This document shows positions 10,143 to 19,838 of a stretch of 64,000 nt of DNA, one piece after another (the first letter of the stretch is position 1; each line of letters starts with the position of its first letter). The DNA is taken from contig CAXXNF010000002.1 of NCBI GenBank assembly GCA_963666365.2, forward strand, positions 1,536,001-1,600,000, given 5' to 3'. The stretch comes from Syntrophales bacterium. GTDB taxonomy: Bacteria; Desulfobacterota; Syntrophia; Syntrophales; UBA2210. Below the pieces are notes generated by a model, which was not told the origin of the DNA, did no database searches, and saw only the letters and a program-made list of their open reading frames with translations. The position numbers and the translations under genes are program-made.

Positions 10143-10769
10143 ATGCTGAATATCGGGTTGACAGGCGGAATCGGAAGCGGAAAATCGACAGTGGCGGCAC
10201 TCTTTCGGGAACGGGGCGCTCATGTCATCGATTTCGATGCACTGGCGCACACCGTTGAAGAACCGGGAGAAGAGGCCTGGAAAGGCATCGTCCATATCTT
10301 CGGTCGTGATATTCTTTCATCTGATGGCGCTATCGATCGAAAAAAACTGGGTGCGATTGTCTTTGCCGATGAATTAAAGTTGAAAAGTCTGAACGAAATC
10401 GTTCATCCCGCCATTTTTCATGAATGGGAACGCCTCCGCCGCACGATAGAAGAGAATAATCCCCATGCGGTCGTTGTGTCCGACATACCGCTTTTGATCG
10501 AGGGTGGCTGGCAGCGCATGTTCGATTGGCTCGTGCTCGTCTATGTGTCGCCTGAAACCCAAATCAGAAGGGTAATGACACGCAACGGCCTGAATCGCCC
10601 GGAAGTGGAAGCACGCCTGAAGGCGCAAATGCCTATCGATGCGAAGGTCCCCTTCGCCGACTTTGTTATTGATAATGAGGGGACGCCCGATGAAACCAGG
10701 GCGATTTTTGAAAAGATGTGGGAGAAAATCATGGTTCTAGGTTCAACGTTAGAGTCACATAGAACCTAG
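10143..10769 (+). CDS. coaE: Dephospho-CoA kinase
   Basis: IGLTGGIGSGKST, LNEIVHP, DIPLL, ADFVIDNEG. Confidence 0.95.
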   Translation: MLNIGLTGGIGSGKSTVAALFRERGAHVIDFDALAHTVEEPGEEAWKGIVHIFGRDILSSDGAIDRKKLGAIVFADELKLKSLNEIVHPAIFHEWERLRRTIEENNPHAVVVSDIPLLIEGGWQRMFDWLVLVYVSPETQIRRVMTRNGLNRPEVEARLKAQMPIDAKVPFADFVIDNEGTPDETRAIFEKMWEKIMVLGSTLESHRT

Positions 10770-10874
10770 ACTTATTATCATAGATAAGGAAGATACATGC
10801 GCCTCTGAGACTAACGGCGAGTGCAAGTCAGCCTATTGAGCCCTCAACAACAATCAACTCACGGGAGATAAAAC

Positions 10875-11309
10875 ATGCGAAGAATTTTTAGAACACCCAT
10901 TGCAGTTTTGGCCTTCATGCTCTGCCTGGCCGGTCTGATCACGTTCGGCACTGCCTTTGCCCAGCAGTGCGTGGACAACGGGGAGACCGTGACAGACAAT
11001 GCTACCGGGCTAATGTGGCAGAAGGCAACGCTCGGCCCGATGAACTGGAATACGGCCATGAGTTATGCCTCCAGCCTTTTTTTAGGGGGGTATTCCGACT
11101 GGCGATTGCCGAGCAGAGATGAATTGCAGGGGCTGTACTTTGCAAACTGTAGATCGATGTTGGTTGAGCATAGTGATTTCTATTGGTCCTCTACTACCTA
11201 CGACCCCCATGCAGACTACGCATGGCACGTCGATTTCCAAAACGGCAACATAGATTGGAGTGCTAAGTTAGGATGGTACCACGTTCGTGCTGTGCGTTAC
11301 GGGCAGTGA
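10875..11309 (+). CDS. Secreted DUF1566 (Lcl C-terminal, C-type-lectin-like) protein
   Basis: Signal peptide; TVTDNATGLMWQ, DWRLP..EL, YWSST, AW.V.F..G, VRAVR. Confidence 0.85.
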   Translation: MRRIFRTPIAVLAFMLCLAGLITFGTAFAQQCVDNGETVTDNATGLMWQKATLGPMNWNTAMSYASSLFLGGYSDWRLPSRDELQGLYFANCRSMLVEHSDFYWSSTTYDPHADYAWHVDFQNGNIDWSAKLGWYHVRAVRYGQ

Positions 11310-11378
11310 GCGGGATGGGGTCAGTCGCTGACTAGAGCGTAGAAAGTAGAACCTAGAACTTTCCATAAGGAGTTTGCC

Positions 11379-11990
11379 ATGATTGAACCGAATGTAGTAA
11401 CCGATTTTAATGCAGTTGTTTCAGAACCTTCCATCGACCCGACAACCTATGTCCATCCTTTGGCTTCCGTTATCGGCCGGGTACGCCTGGGAAAGAACAT
11501 CATGGTTTCTCCCATGGCCTCCGTCAGAGGAGACGAAGGGCAACCGCTGTTTGTCGGAGATGACTCGAACGTGCAGGACGGCGTGATTATCCATGCGCTT
11601 GAGACGGAATCCGGAGGGAGACCTGTGGAAAAAAATCTCGTCGAAAAGGACGGACAACGGTACGCCGTGTATATAGGAGAACGAGTCTCTCTGGCCCACC
11701 AGGTGCATGTTCACGGACCGGCCCTGATCGACCACGACACCTTTGTGGGCATGAAAAGCTTAATCTTCAAATCCGAGGTAGGGTCGGGCTGTGTGATAGA
11801 GCCCTGCGCGGTTATCATGGGGGTGAATATCGCCGGCGGACGGTACGTACCGGCAGGTGCGGTTATAACGCGCCAGGAAGATGCAGATTCGCTGCCTGCA
11901 ATCACGGACGATTACCCCATGAAAGACATGAATAAAGGGGTTATTCATGTAAACAAGGGACTGGCCCGGGCATATCTCGCGAGAGGCTAG
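11379..11990 (+). CDS. Gamma-class carbonic anhydrase (Cam-like)
   Basis: Hexapeptide repeats, VRGDEG, SNVQDGVIIH, LAHQVHVHGP metal-ligand histidines. Confidence 0.88.
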   Translation: MIEPNVVTDFNAVVSEPSIDPTTYVHPLASVIGRVRLGKNIMVSPMASVRGDEGQPLFVGDDSNVQDGVIIHALETESGGRPVEKNLVEKDGQRYAVYIGERVSLAHQVHVHGPALIDHDTFVGMKSLIFKSEVGSGCVIEPCAVIMGVNIAGGRYVPAGAVITRQEDADSLPAITDDYPMKDMNKGVIHVNKGLARAYLARG

Positions 11991-12118
11991 GCGATAGGCC
12001 ATGGGCGATGGGAAATAGAAGCTGCCCGATTCAGATTCTCTCCGGCCCTGTCATAAACGATGAAGGAAGGAACACTGAGAAGACCAGGCCCTCTTCGATG
12101 CTATGTGAAAGAAAATAA

Positions 12119-12202
12119 GTTCTGTGTTCTAAGCTCAATGTTCTATGCTGTGGGTTATCGCGATAACACAGAACATTGAACTTTGAACGTTGAACGCAGA
12201 AC
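12119..12202. repeat. Inverted repeat built of 7-bp tandem units around a 14-bp perfect palindrome
   Basis: (GTTCTNN)n - GTTATCGCGATAAC - (NNWGAAC)x5 between convergent genes. Confidence 0.8.
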
Positions 12203-12206
12203 AGCC

Positions 12207-12722
12207 CTATCCCCGCCCCGTTGCCTTCAGTGTTTCCATATATACATGATAAAAGGCCTTGTTTTCGGCAACGGCGCTTTTAATAATTTTGCCTGAATCC
12301 CGGGCATTCGAAAGATTGAGTGTGAGATTGACACTCTTGTTAAAGGCCGCCATGTTATCGCCTGTTCTGAAACGTGACCCCAGAAGGACCACAAACATCT
12401 TTCTTCGAATCTGCATATTCAATTCGGCAAGATAGGCCAGAACTTCGTTTGCTTCAGGATCGGCGGTATCGAATTTTTCATCCACCACCAGCAGATCATA
12501 GGTGTGAAAGCGCATATTTTTCAGCGCTTCCTGCGCAGAACCCGCTTGGGTAACAAGGTAGCCGGTCTCCTCTATCTGGCCGGCAATTATTGACCGCACT
12601 TCCGGGTCCGATTCACAGATCAGCGCCGTTTCCTGACCCTCTTCCACAAAGTCAAAGGGTTTTTCGGCGGCGTCATAGGTCGCGGACGCAACCGTTTCCA
12701 CTATTGATTTTTCTTCGTCCAT
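12207..12722 (-). CDS. Receiver-like (pseudo-receiver) protein
   Basis: CheY-like pattern ALICESDP...YDLLVVDE; conserved Thr and Lys not evident. Confidence 0.7.
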   Translation of the reverse strand: MDEEKSIVETVASATYDAAEKPFDFVEEGQETALICESDPEVRSIIAGQIEETGYLVTQAGSAQEALKNMRFHTYDLLVVDEKFDTADPEANEVLAYLAELNMQIRRKMFVVLLGSRFRTGDNMAAFNKSVNLTLNLSNARDSGKIIKSAVAENKAFYHVYMETLKATGRG

Positions 12723-12746
12723 GTCATACCCCTCACTGTTCCCTCA

Positions 12747-13922
12747 TTACCATTTTCGTTTGTCTCTTCCGTAGCCGGTATCAACTTCGAGCCCCTCTAT
12801 GCCTGTGGTGGCCTGCCCTGATTTCGCTTTTACCTGATCGATGCCCCGGTTTACCACGCCCTTTGTCGTTGCATAGGCAAGGGCCGTTTCTTCCGAAATC
12901 TTCCCTTCTTCATAGAGCTTTATTATGTAATCGTCGAAGGTAGTCATTCCGAAGGGGGCGCTGGCCTCTATGATCTCACGGTAGGTTTTTCCTTCCGATT
13001 CTCCATGGAGGATTGTGTCTTTTACCCGGAGATTGCTCCCCATGATTTCAAAGGCGGCCACCCGTCCCCCTCCCTCCTTTGGGAGGAGTCTCTGACACAC
13101 GATCCACCGTACCGTATCGGCCAGCCGTATTCGAATCTGGTTTTCTTCTTCGGACGAAAACATACCGAGGATCCTGTTGATCGTCTGGCCCGCATCGACG
13201 GTATGGAGGGTACTCAAGACCAGGTGTCCCGTCTCGGCGGCGCCGAGACCGATTTCCACCGTTTCCCTGTCCCGCATTTCACCCACCAGAATCACCTTGG
13301 GCGCCTGCCTGAGGGCCGCCCTAAGCCCGTTGGCAAAGGAATCGAAATCGGTCCCCAGCTCCCGCTGGTTAAAGGTCGCCTTTTTGTGTGGATGCTGATA
13401 TTCCACGGGATCTTCCAGGGTAATTATATGTATCGACCGTTCTTCATTGAAGTCGTTCAGCAGGGCCGCAAGCGATGTCGACTTACCGCTTCCCGTGGCG
13501 CCTGTCACCAGGATGATGCCATTTTTCTCCTGCGCCATCCGTTCGAAGGCCGCCGGCAGGTTCAGCTGCTGTCGCGTGGGAATCTGCGTTTCCAGTTTAC
13601 GAAGGACGATGGAATAGTTCCCCCGCTGGGAGAAAATATTAACCCTGAATCGCGCCTTGCCGGGAAGCTCGTAGGAGGAATCGCAGGAACCTTCTTTTAT
13701 CAGAAATTCCGTAAGTCTGCGGTCCTGGTTGATCAGGTTCAGGGCCATGATTTCCGTCTGAAAGGGGGTCAATTTTGCAAATTCCGGTTCAATATCCACT
13801 GCCGTCAGTTGACCGGAACTTTCCACCTGAAAAGGCTTTCCCACGGTGACATTCAAATCGGACACATTGCCGTGCGAATCAAGCATTTTTCCTAAGATGT
13901 AGTCGATTTCCTGTTTTTTCAT
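12747..13922 (-). CDS. PilT/PilU-family type IV pilus ATPase paralogue
   Basis: GATGSGKST, TLEDPVE, ALRQAPKVILVGEMRD, TGHLVLSTLH; lacks AIRNLIRE. Confidence 0.9.
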   Translation of the reverse strand: MKKQEIDYILGKMLDSHGNVSDLNVTVGKPFQVESSGQLTAVDIEPEFAKLTPFQTEIMALNLINQDRRLTEFLIKEGSCDSSYELPGKARFRVNIFSQRGNYSIVLRKLETQIPTRQQLNLPAAFERMAQEKNGIILVTGATGSGKSTSLAALLNDFNEERSIHIITLEDPVEYQHPHKKATFNQRELGTDFDSFANGLRAALRQAPKVILVGEMRDRETVEIGLGAAETGHLVLSTLHTVDAGQTINRILGMFSSEEENQIRIRLADTVRWIVCQRLLPKEGGGRVAAFEIMGSNLRVKDTILHGESEGKTYREIIEASAPFGMTTFDDYIIKLYEEGKISEETALAYATTKGVVNRGIDQVKAKSGQATTGIEGLEVDTGYGRDKRKW

Positions 13923-13975
13923 CTTTCTTACCTCGAATGTTCCAATGATACGTGCTCAGGGCGTGGCAACCCTCC

Positions 13976-15061
13976 CTAGACCTCGGTGAAATCCGAAGGA
14001 GGATTCTTCAGGAACGGCCTGAATTTGGCCTTGTCGTTGGATTTCGAATAGGCATCGTCGGCGCCGATCCATCCTTTTTGAAGGAGTTCCATGATCGAAT
14101 CGTCGAGAAGCTGCATGCCGAATTTTTTTCCCGTCTGAAGCATGGAAGGAATCTGGAAGGTTTTCGATTCCCGAATGAGATTGCGCACCGCCGGCGTCGC
14201 AATCAGTATCTCAAGGGCGGCGCAGCGTCCCGGTTTATCGACCCGCTTAAAGAGCACCTGGGCAATGACCGCACGAATGCCATCGGCCAGCGTTGAGCGG
14301 ATCTGCGCCTGCTGATTGGCCGGAAACACCTCAATCACGCGGTCGAGCGTCTTTGCCGCGCTTGTGGTATGAAGCGTGCCGAAGACGAGGTGTCCCGTGG
14401 AGGCCGCCTCAACAGCCAGCGAAATCGTTTCAAGATCCCGCATTTCACCCACCAGAATCACATCGGGGTCTTCACGCAGCGCGCCTCTGAGGGCTGCAGA
14501 AAATGACTTTGTATGGACACCCACTTCCCGGTGATTTACAATGCAGCTCTTGCTCTGGTGGACGAATTCGATAGGATCTTCAACGGTGATGATGTGGTCT
14601 TTCCTCGTCTTGTTCACTTCGTCAACAATCGCGGCAAGGGTCGTGGATTTTCCGCTTCCCGTGGGACCGGTCACCAGAACAAGCCCCCGGGGAAGCGACG
14701 CCAGTTTCTTGACCACCGGAGGCAGACCTAACTGATCGGCACCGAGAATGGTGCTGGGTATTTCCCGGAAGACGGCGGCAACACCGTATTTCTGCTGAAA
14801 GAAATTAGCTCTGTACCGGGCAAGATCAGGAATTTCGTAGGCAAAATCGACATCGCCGGTCTCTTCAAACTGTTTGACTTTGTGTTCCGGGGTAATTTCG
14901 TAGAGCATGGATTTCAACTCGTCATTTTCGAGTTCATGGTATTTGATCCTCTCCATCTCGCCCCGAATCCGTATCACCGGCTGCTGTCCCGATACAAGAT
15001 GAAGGTCCGATGCACCCTGATCGTGCATGAGTTTGAAAAAAGCATCTATCTGCGCCATCAC
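13976..15061 (-). CDS. pilT: Type IV pilus retraction ATPase PilT
   Basis: GPTGSGKST, EDPIE, LREDPDVILVGEMRD, AVRNLIRE motif. Confidence 0.93.
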   Translation of the reverse strand: MMAQIDAFFKLMHDQGASDLHLVSGQQPVIRIRGEMERIKYHELENDELKSMLYEITPEHKVKQFEETGDVDFAYEIPDLARYRANFFQQKYGVAAVFREIPSTILGADQLGLPPVVKKLASLPRGLVLVTGPTGSGKSTTLAAIVDEVNKTRKDHIITVEDPIEFVHQSKSCIVNHREVGVHTKSFSAALRGALREDPDVILVGEMRDLETISLAVEAASTGHLVFGTLHTTSAAKTLDRVIEVFPANQQAQIRSTLADGIRAVIAQVLFKRVDKPGRCAALEILIATPAVRNLIRESKTFQIPSMLQTGKKFGMQLLDDSIMELLQKGWIGADDAYSKSNDKAKFRPFLKNPPSDFTEV

Positions 15062-15183
15062 AATTCTCCTTTAGTGTTTAAAATCAAATTTTGCGGTTAC
15101 TTTTGTTAGTTTGTAAGACGCGGTATGTCCTCTGGAAAGTTACGGATCGGAAAATTCTTTTTACCAAATCGCCTGCGAGTGAT

Positions 15184-15213
15184 ACTATAGAAAATAATCT
15201 CGAATCTTGTCAA
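15184..15213 (-). promoter_or_regulatory. Candidate sigma70 promoter for the pilT operon
   Basis: TTGACA-N18-TATAGT on the minus strand. Confidence 0.45.
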
Positions 15214-15301
15214 GACATAAGACCACTATGTAAAAAAGTCCCGCACCGACATGCATGGTGCGGCAGGCACTCCCCGTAATGAGAAAGATGGAGGAATGGC
15301 A

Positions 15302-16837
15302 ATGGAAACCGCCGCGACGTTGTTCGAACATAACGATAGAGAGACTATGCGGGCGAAGGGTCTCGATCCGGAAGAGGTGGAACGGCAGATTGGACTCTTT
15401 CAGAAGGGGTTCTGCGCAGTCCGTCTGGCACGGCCGTGCACCGACGGCGACGGAATCGAGGTTATCGAAGATGATCGCATGAAGGCCCTTGTCTCTCTTT
15501 ATGAAGCGGCACAAAGCGCCGGCCGCATCACAAAGTTTGTTCCCGCCTCAGGCGCCGCATCCCGCATGTTTCGCGATTGGTTCCGGTTCCGCCGCATGCC
15601 CGATTTCGAGCAGAGCGATGAAGGACGCCGCTTCAAGGAACACCTCCCCCGCTATCCATTCTACGATTCTCTTGCCCGCGTCATCGAGGCGCGGGGACAG
15701 TCCCTTCAGGAATTGGAATCGGCAGGCAACCTGAAGGCTGTCCTCGATTATATTCTGTCCCCGCGAGGTCTTGACTACGGAGCCCTTCCCAAGGCCCTTC
15801 TCGGCTTTCATCGCTATACCGGACACACCCGCACCCCCCTGGAAGAGCATCTCGTTGAAGCCGCACTCCACGGAACCGACAGGCAGGGCATCGCACGCAT
15901 ACATTTTACCGTTTCTCCGGAACATGCCGGTGCGGTTGAAGCCCATATCAGACGGATACGGGGGATCTATGAAAAAAATTTTTCTGTTGTCCTTGATATC
16001 TCCCTCTCCACGCAACTTCCTTCAACAGACACCATCGCAGTGACCCTGGATAACCGCCCTTTCAGAGATGACCAGGGGACGCTCATCTTCAGACCGGGCG
16101 GCCATGGCGCACTTATAAAGAATCTCAATCGGATCGAGGGTGATATTATTTTTCTGAAAAATATAGACAATGTGGTTCCGGACAGACTCAAGGCCGAAAC
16201 AATTCTGTTCAAGAAAATACTGGGAGGGCTTTTGGTTGAACTGCAGGACGAAATTTTCCGTTACTTGCACACCATCGACCAAAATGCAATTGACGAAAAG
16301 GCGCTCCTCTCTCTGGAGCGATTCTGCCGCGGACGGCTTGGGTTAGCCTTCCCATCGGCCTTTCAGCACTGCGCCAACGATGAAAAAATACAATTCTTTT
16401 TTTCCGCCTTACACCGCCCTCTCCGCATCTGCGGCATGGTCAAAAACGAGGGGGAACCGGGAGGAGGACCTTTCTGGGTGCACGAAAAAACCGGCAGCGC
16501 TTCAAAACAAATTATTGAAAGTGCACAGATTGACAGCACCTCTTCCGGACAGATGGCACTGTGGAATGCATCGACTCATTTCAACCCCGTCGACCTCGTC
16601 TGCGGTGTCAGAGATCATAGGGGAGACAAATTTGATCTGGAGCAATTTATTGACGCCGACAGGTATCTCATTTCCGAAAAATCCCATGAGGGACGGGCGC
16701 TCAAGGCGCTGGAACATCCAGGCCTCTGGAACGGCGCCATGGCTCGGTGGAATACAGTTTTCGTCGAAGTGCCCCTTTGGACCTTCGCACCGGTAAAGAC
16801 GGTGGAGGATCTTTTGAGGCCGGAACACAGACCGTAA
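15302..16837 (+). CDS. DUF4301-family protein
   Basis: KFVPASGAASRMF, FRPGGHGALI, KNIDNV, GMVKNEGEPGGGPFW, THFNPVD, PGLWNGAMA, FAPVKT; GGAGG SD. Confidence 0.85.
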   Translation: METAATLFEHNDRETMRAKGLDPEEVERQIGLFQKGFCAVRLARPCTDGDGIEVIEDDRMKALVSLYEAAQSAGRITKFVPASGAASRMFRDWFRFRRMPDFEQSDEGRRFKEHLPRYPFYDSLARVIEARGQSLQELESAGNLKAVLDYILSPRGLDYGALPKALLGFHRYTGHTRTPLEEHLVEAALHGTDRQGIARIHFTVSPEHAGAVEAHIRRIRGIYEKNFSVVLDISLSTQLPSTDTIAVTLDNRPFRDDQGTLIFRPGGHGALIKNLNRIEGDIIFLKNIDNVVPDRLKAETILFKKILGGLLVELQDEIFRYLHTIDQNAIDEKALLSLERFCRGRLGLAFPSAFQHCANDEKIQFFFSALHRPLRICGMVKNEGEPGGGPFWVHEKTGSASKQIIESAQIDSTSSGQMALWNASTHFNPVDLVCGVRDHRGDKFDLEQFIDADRYLISEKSHEGRALKALEHPGLWNGAMARWNTVFVEVPLWTFAPVKTVEDLLRPEHRP

Positions 16838-16875
16838 AGATTTTTCAATGTTGGGTCGAGCGCTGAATGAAGGGG

Positions 16876-17850
16876 CTAAATCATCAGGCCGGCGAGCGCT
16901 TCCGGATCGACGGCTTTCGTTTCGATTGTCCCGGTCTTTGATCCCTCTTTTACTATCGCGGAAACAGCTTCACCCCTTGGCGCATCACTGTACCGCGCAC
17001 AGACGGCCGCCGCCTTCACCAGGGTTTGCCCGTCACATCCGTAGGGAACCAGCACCACCGGCCCGGGGATTCCTTCAATCTGTATCACCGCATCCTGATC
17101 ACCGGCAAGGCGCAGTATACTTTCGTTTTCACCCCGGTTTCTCCCCACAACAATTTTGGCGCCTCCCTCCAGCCTGAGATGGCGCCCTACCTTCAGGAGT
17201 TCTATATCTCGAAGGGTTTCCTTCCCGTGATCAAAAAGGTCCTTCAACCGTCGGGAAAAGGTCGGATCGGTCAGAAGGCAGCCGCCGGCGGGACTTGAAT
17301 ACTCTGCTATGCCGTATGCAGCGGCAAGTTCCATCTGACGCTTCCTGCCTCTCCCCTGCACATCGAGCAGCCTCAGACGATTTACCTTACCCTCCTTTTC
17401 AGGGATTGTTGCATCAAGGAGTCGCGCGCTCAGGGGACGAATGATCAACCCTTCATACCCTGAGAGCTTGGCCACGATATGCAGCGATTGTCTAGTCTGA
17501 GACATGGGACGCTGGCCAAGCACCTCACCGGTAAAGATAAAGTCCGCACCCTCATGCGCCATTTCGTCGCCGGCCATACGGAGCATGAGCGCATGACAGT
17601 CGATGCAGGGGTTCATATTCCTGCCGTAACCGTAGTGAGGTGCTTTCAGCATGCAGAGATGGGCATCGGTAATGTCGATCACACGGAGCGGAAGTGCCAT
17701 TGCCGCCGCCGCTTTTTGCGCTTTTTCGGCAGAAAAAAAAGGCGTTTCAAAGGCAATCCCGATCACATCGATGTTCTGCCGTCGAATAACTTCCACAGCC
17801 AGGATACTGTCAAGCCCCCCTGAAAACAGGGAAATTCCCTTTACATTCAA
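16876..17850 (-). CDS. ThiI/MnmA-like PP-loop tRNA thiolation protein
   Basis: SGGLDS, NPCIDCH, TGEVLGQRPMSQ, GGCLLTD; probable TTG start overlapping the upstream TGA. Confidence 0.8.
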   Translation of the reverse strand: MNVKGISLFSGGLDSILAVEVIRRQNIDVIGIAFETPFFSAEKAQKAAAAMALPLRVIDITDAHLCMLKAPHYGYGRNMNPCIDCHALMLRMAGDEMAHEGADFIFTGEVLGQRPMSQTRQSLHIVAKLSGYEGLIIRPLSARLLDATIPEKEGKVNRLRLLDVQGRGRKRQMELAAAYGIAEYSSPAGGCLLTDPTFSRRLKDLFDHGKETLRDIELLKVGRHLRLEGGAKIVVGRNRGENESILRLAGDQDAVIQIEGIPGPVVLVPYGCDGQTLVKAAAVCARYSDAPRGEAVSAIVKEGSKTGTIETKAVDPEALAGLMI

Positions 17851-19544
17851 TAACTCACAACCTTGACGCTCCATTTTTCATGAAGCAGATGATGTAACTC
17901 CTCGTCATAGTCCCCCTTGACGAAATAGAGCTCCGAGTTGATCCCTTGCACTTTCAACCCGGAAAAAAGAATCCGCCACCCCCCGCTCAACTCGTCGGCA
18001 GGGGGAAAGCTGAACCGGCCCTCGAGAGCAGGAAGGTTCAACGCAGCGGTTATTTTTCTGATCAGGTCGATATCGCGATCCCGCTTCGATAATTCCACGA
18101 CAGGTTCGCCCCTCTTTTGCAGAAGCTGGCGAAACTCTGGCGACAGCGATTCGAAGTCGAAAATCAGATCTCTCCCTCCCAGGGAAAGCACAAGATCCGC
18201 CTCTACAGAAAGATCGAATCCGTCATCTTTCATGAGAAATACGGGAATGACGACTTTTCTGGCCGGCACATAGCCCAGCTCCCTTAAAAATGCATCCGTA
18301 AAATCGACGGCAATCTCTCTCTTCACGCGAGATACCGGCAGGGACCACAACGGTCCCTCTGGGGTAACGGGACCATATCCGTCAACAATTTCTATCACTT
18401 CCAACCCGTTACGCGCCGCATAGGCGATCAGCGCCGGGGGAGTTGCCTTCGCGGGGGCAGGGATAACTCTGATACCGATGGTAATCTCGTCCCGGGCGCC
18501 GGGAATCTTTCCGGATACAGTCCAGTCACAGTCGATCGCTACCTGAGGATTCGATCCCGCCGTTGCCGTGACGCCTTTTTTTTGAAGCGTAAGAGAACGT
18601 AACGCCTTGACGGCCCTTTCAAGAATCAAAGAAATGGAAGGCTTCTCGGTGCCCGAAACAATATGGTAGTGTTTCCAGTGCGATTCGATGGTGTGCTTCA
18701 CCGGCAATGGAATGCGGCCGTAAAAATCGATGATGATCCTCTCGCCGTTTTTCAATTCGACCACGGGGACAGTGGCGCAATCGACGATCATCTGACTTGA
18801 CGGCGGCAAAGGAAGATAGTATTCGCCGGAACATGCCACTTCTCCACCGATAAGACTGAAAAATTGCTTGAGCAGGGGCGTCCATTCTTGATTGGGCACC
18901 TTTACAGCCTGCATCCTGCCGCTTATCGCCGCTTTAGACGCGGCTTCATCCACATCGGTCCCGTTTTCCCTCCTCCTCTCGTTCGGCGCCGGGAAATATA
19001 TGATCTGACCGGGGTAGATTCGGTTAAGGTCTTTGATGTGGGGATTGAGTGATCGTATCTTTTCCAGGTGCATCCGCGCTTGGTGAATATTCATCCCCCA
19101 TCTGCGGCGCATAATTCTGGTGACGGTTTCTCCTCTTTCTACGCGGTGAGAGAGTGTTCTTTCCCCGTGAGAAATCGCTTTTTCTTCAGGCAGCGGCGAC
19201 TGTCCGCGCACTGACATCTTCTCCATTGGCCCGTTCGCTGCGGGCAGACGAAGCAACTGTCCGGGATATATCACATTCATGTCCCTGATATGGGGATTGA
19301 GAACCTGAATCTTTTCTATGAGCGCCGCCATGTCATTTTCGCGAGGGTTCAATTCCTTTCTGATTATTCGCGTAAGCCAGTCCCCACGCTGCACCCGGTA
19401 AAGAGAATGGCGTTCTCCCCCATCGATCTTCTTTGAAAAGGTAAGGTGCACGGTATCTTCCGCGGAGAGGGCGAAAAACGGCTGAACCCCGGAGATGATG
19501 AGACAGAGGGCCACTGTCGAAAGATATCTATGGAATTTCGCCAT
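17847..19544 (-). CDS. Secreted protein with two LysM domains
   Basis: Signal peptide; YRVQRGD...LNPHI..IYPGQ repeated twice. Confidence 0.85.
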   Translation of the reverse strand: MAKFHRYLSTVALCLIISGVQPFFALSAEDTVHLTFSKKIDGGERHSLYRVQRGDWLTRIIRKELNPRENDMAALIEKIQVLNPHIRDMNVIYPGQLLRLPAANGPMEKMSVRGQSPLPEEKAISHGERTLSHRVERGETVTRIMRRRWGMNIHQARMHLEKIRSLNPHIKDLNRIYPGQIIYFPAPNERRRENGTDVDEAASKAAISGRMQAVKVPNQEWTPLLKQFFSLIGGEVACSGEYYLPLPPSSQMIVDCATVPVVELKNGERIIIDFYGRIPLPVKHTIESHWKHYHIVSGTEKPSISLILERAVKALRSLTLQKKGVTATAGSNPQVAIDCDWTVSGKIPGARDEITIGIRVIPAPAKATPPALIAYAARNGLEVIEIVDGYGPVTPEGPLWSLPVSRVKREIAVDFTDAFLRELGYVPARKVVIPVFLMKDDGFDLSVEADLVLSLGGRDLIFDFESLSPEFRQLLQKRGEPVVELSKRDRDIDLIRKITAALNLPALEGRFSFPPADELSGGWRILFSGLKVQGINSELYFVKGDYDEELHHLLHEKWSVKVVSY

Positions 19545-19838
19545 ACCGCACCCCTATGAATCCTCGCTGAAATATCGGAACCGGAATCACAAAAGCCCGG
19601 CCCTGCCACCAGGGATTTTTCTCACTTCTTCATCGAGCTTCTTATTGTGCAGTTCTCTGTATGTGTCGATCCGCCCCATACAGCCGCCTTTATACGCGAC
19701 GATCGGAAGAAAGTCAATCAGTTCGTCCCTTTTCGAGATTCCAACCGACATATTGAGTATTGCAAAGAAGCGCCATCTGATATAAGAGTGGAAGTCGGGT
19801 TCCATAGCACGGCAGAGAGAACCGGGGGAGGGTACAGG

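Noticed and set aside
10745..11345. Integron cassette interpretation of the DUF1566 gene
   Set aside because: No convincing RYYYAAC...GTTRRRY attC pair and no integrase
19587..19679. 30-aa ORF MGRIDTYRELHNKKLDEEVRKIPGGRAGLL upstream of the LysM gene
   Set aside because: Weak SD and no recognisable family; cannot be supported without a search
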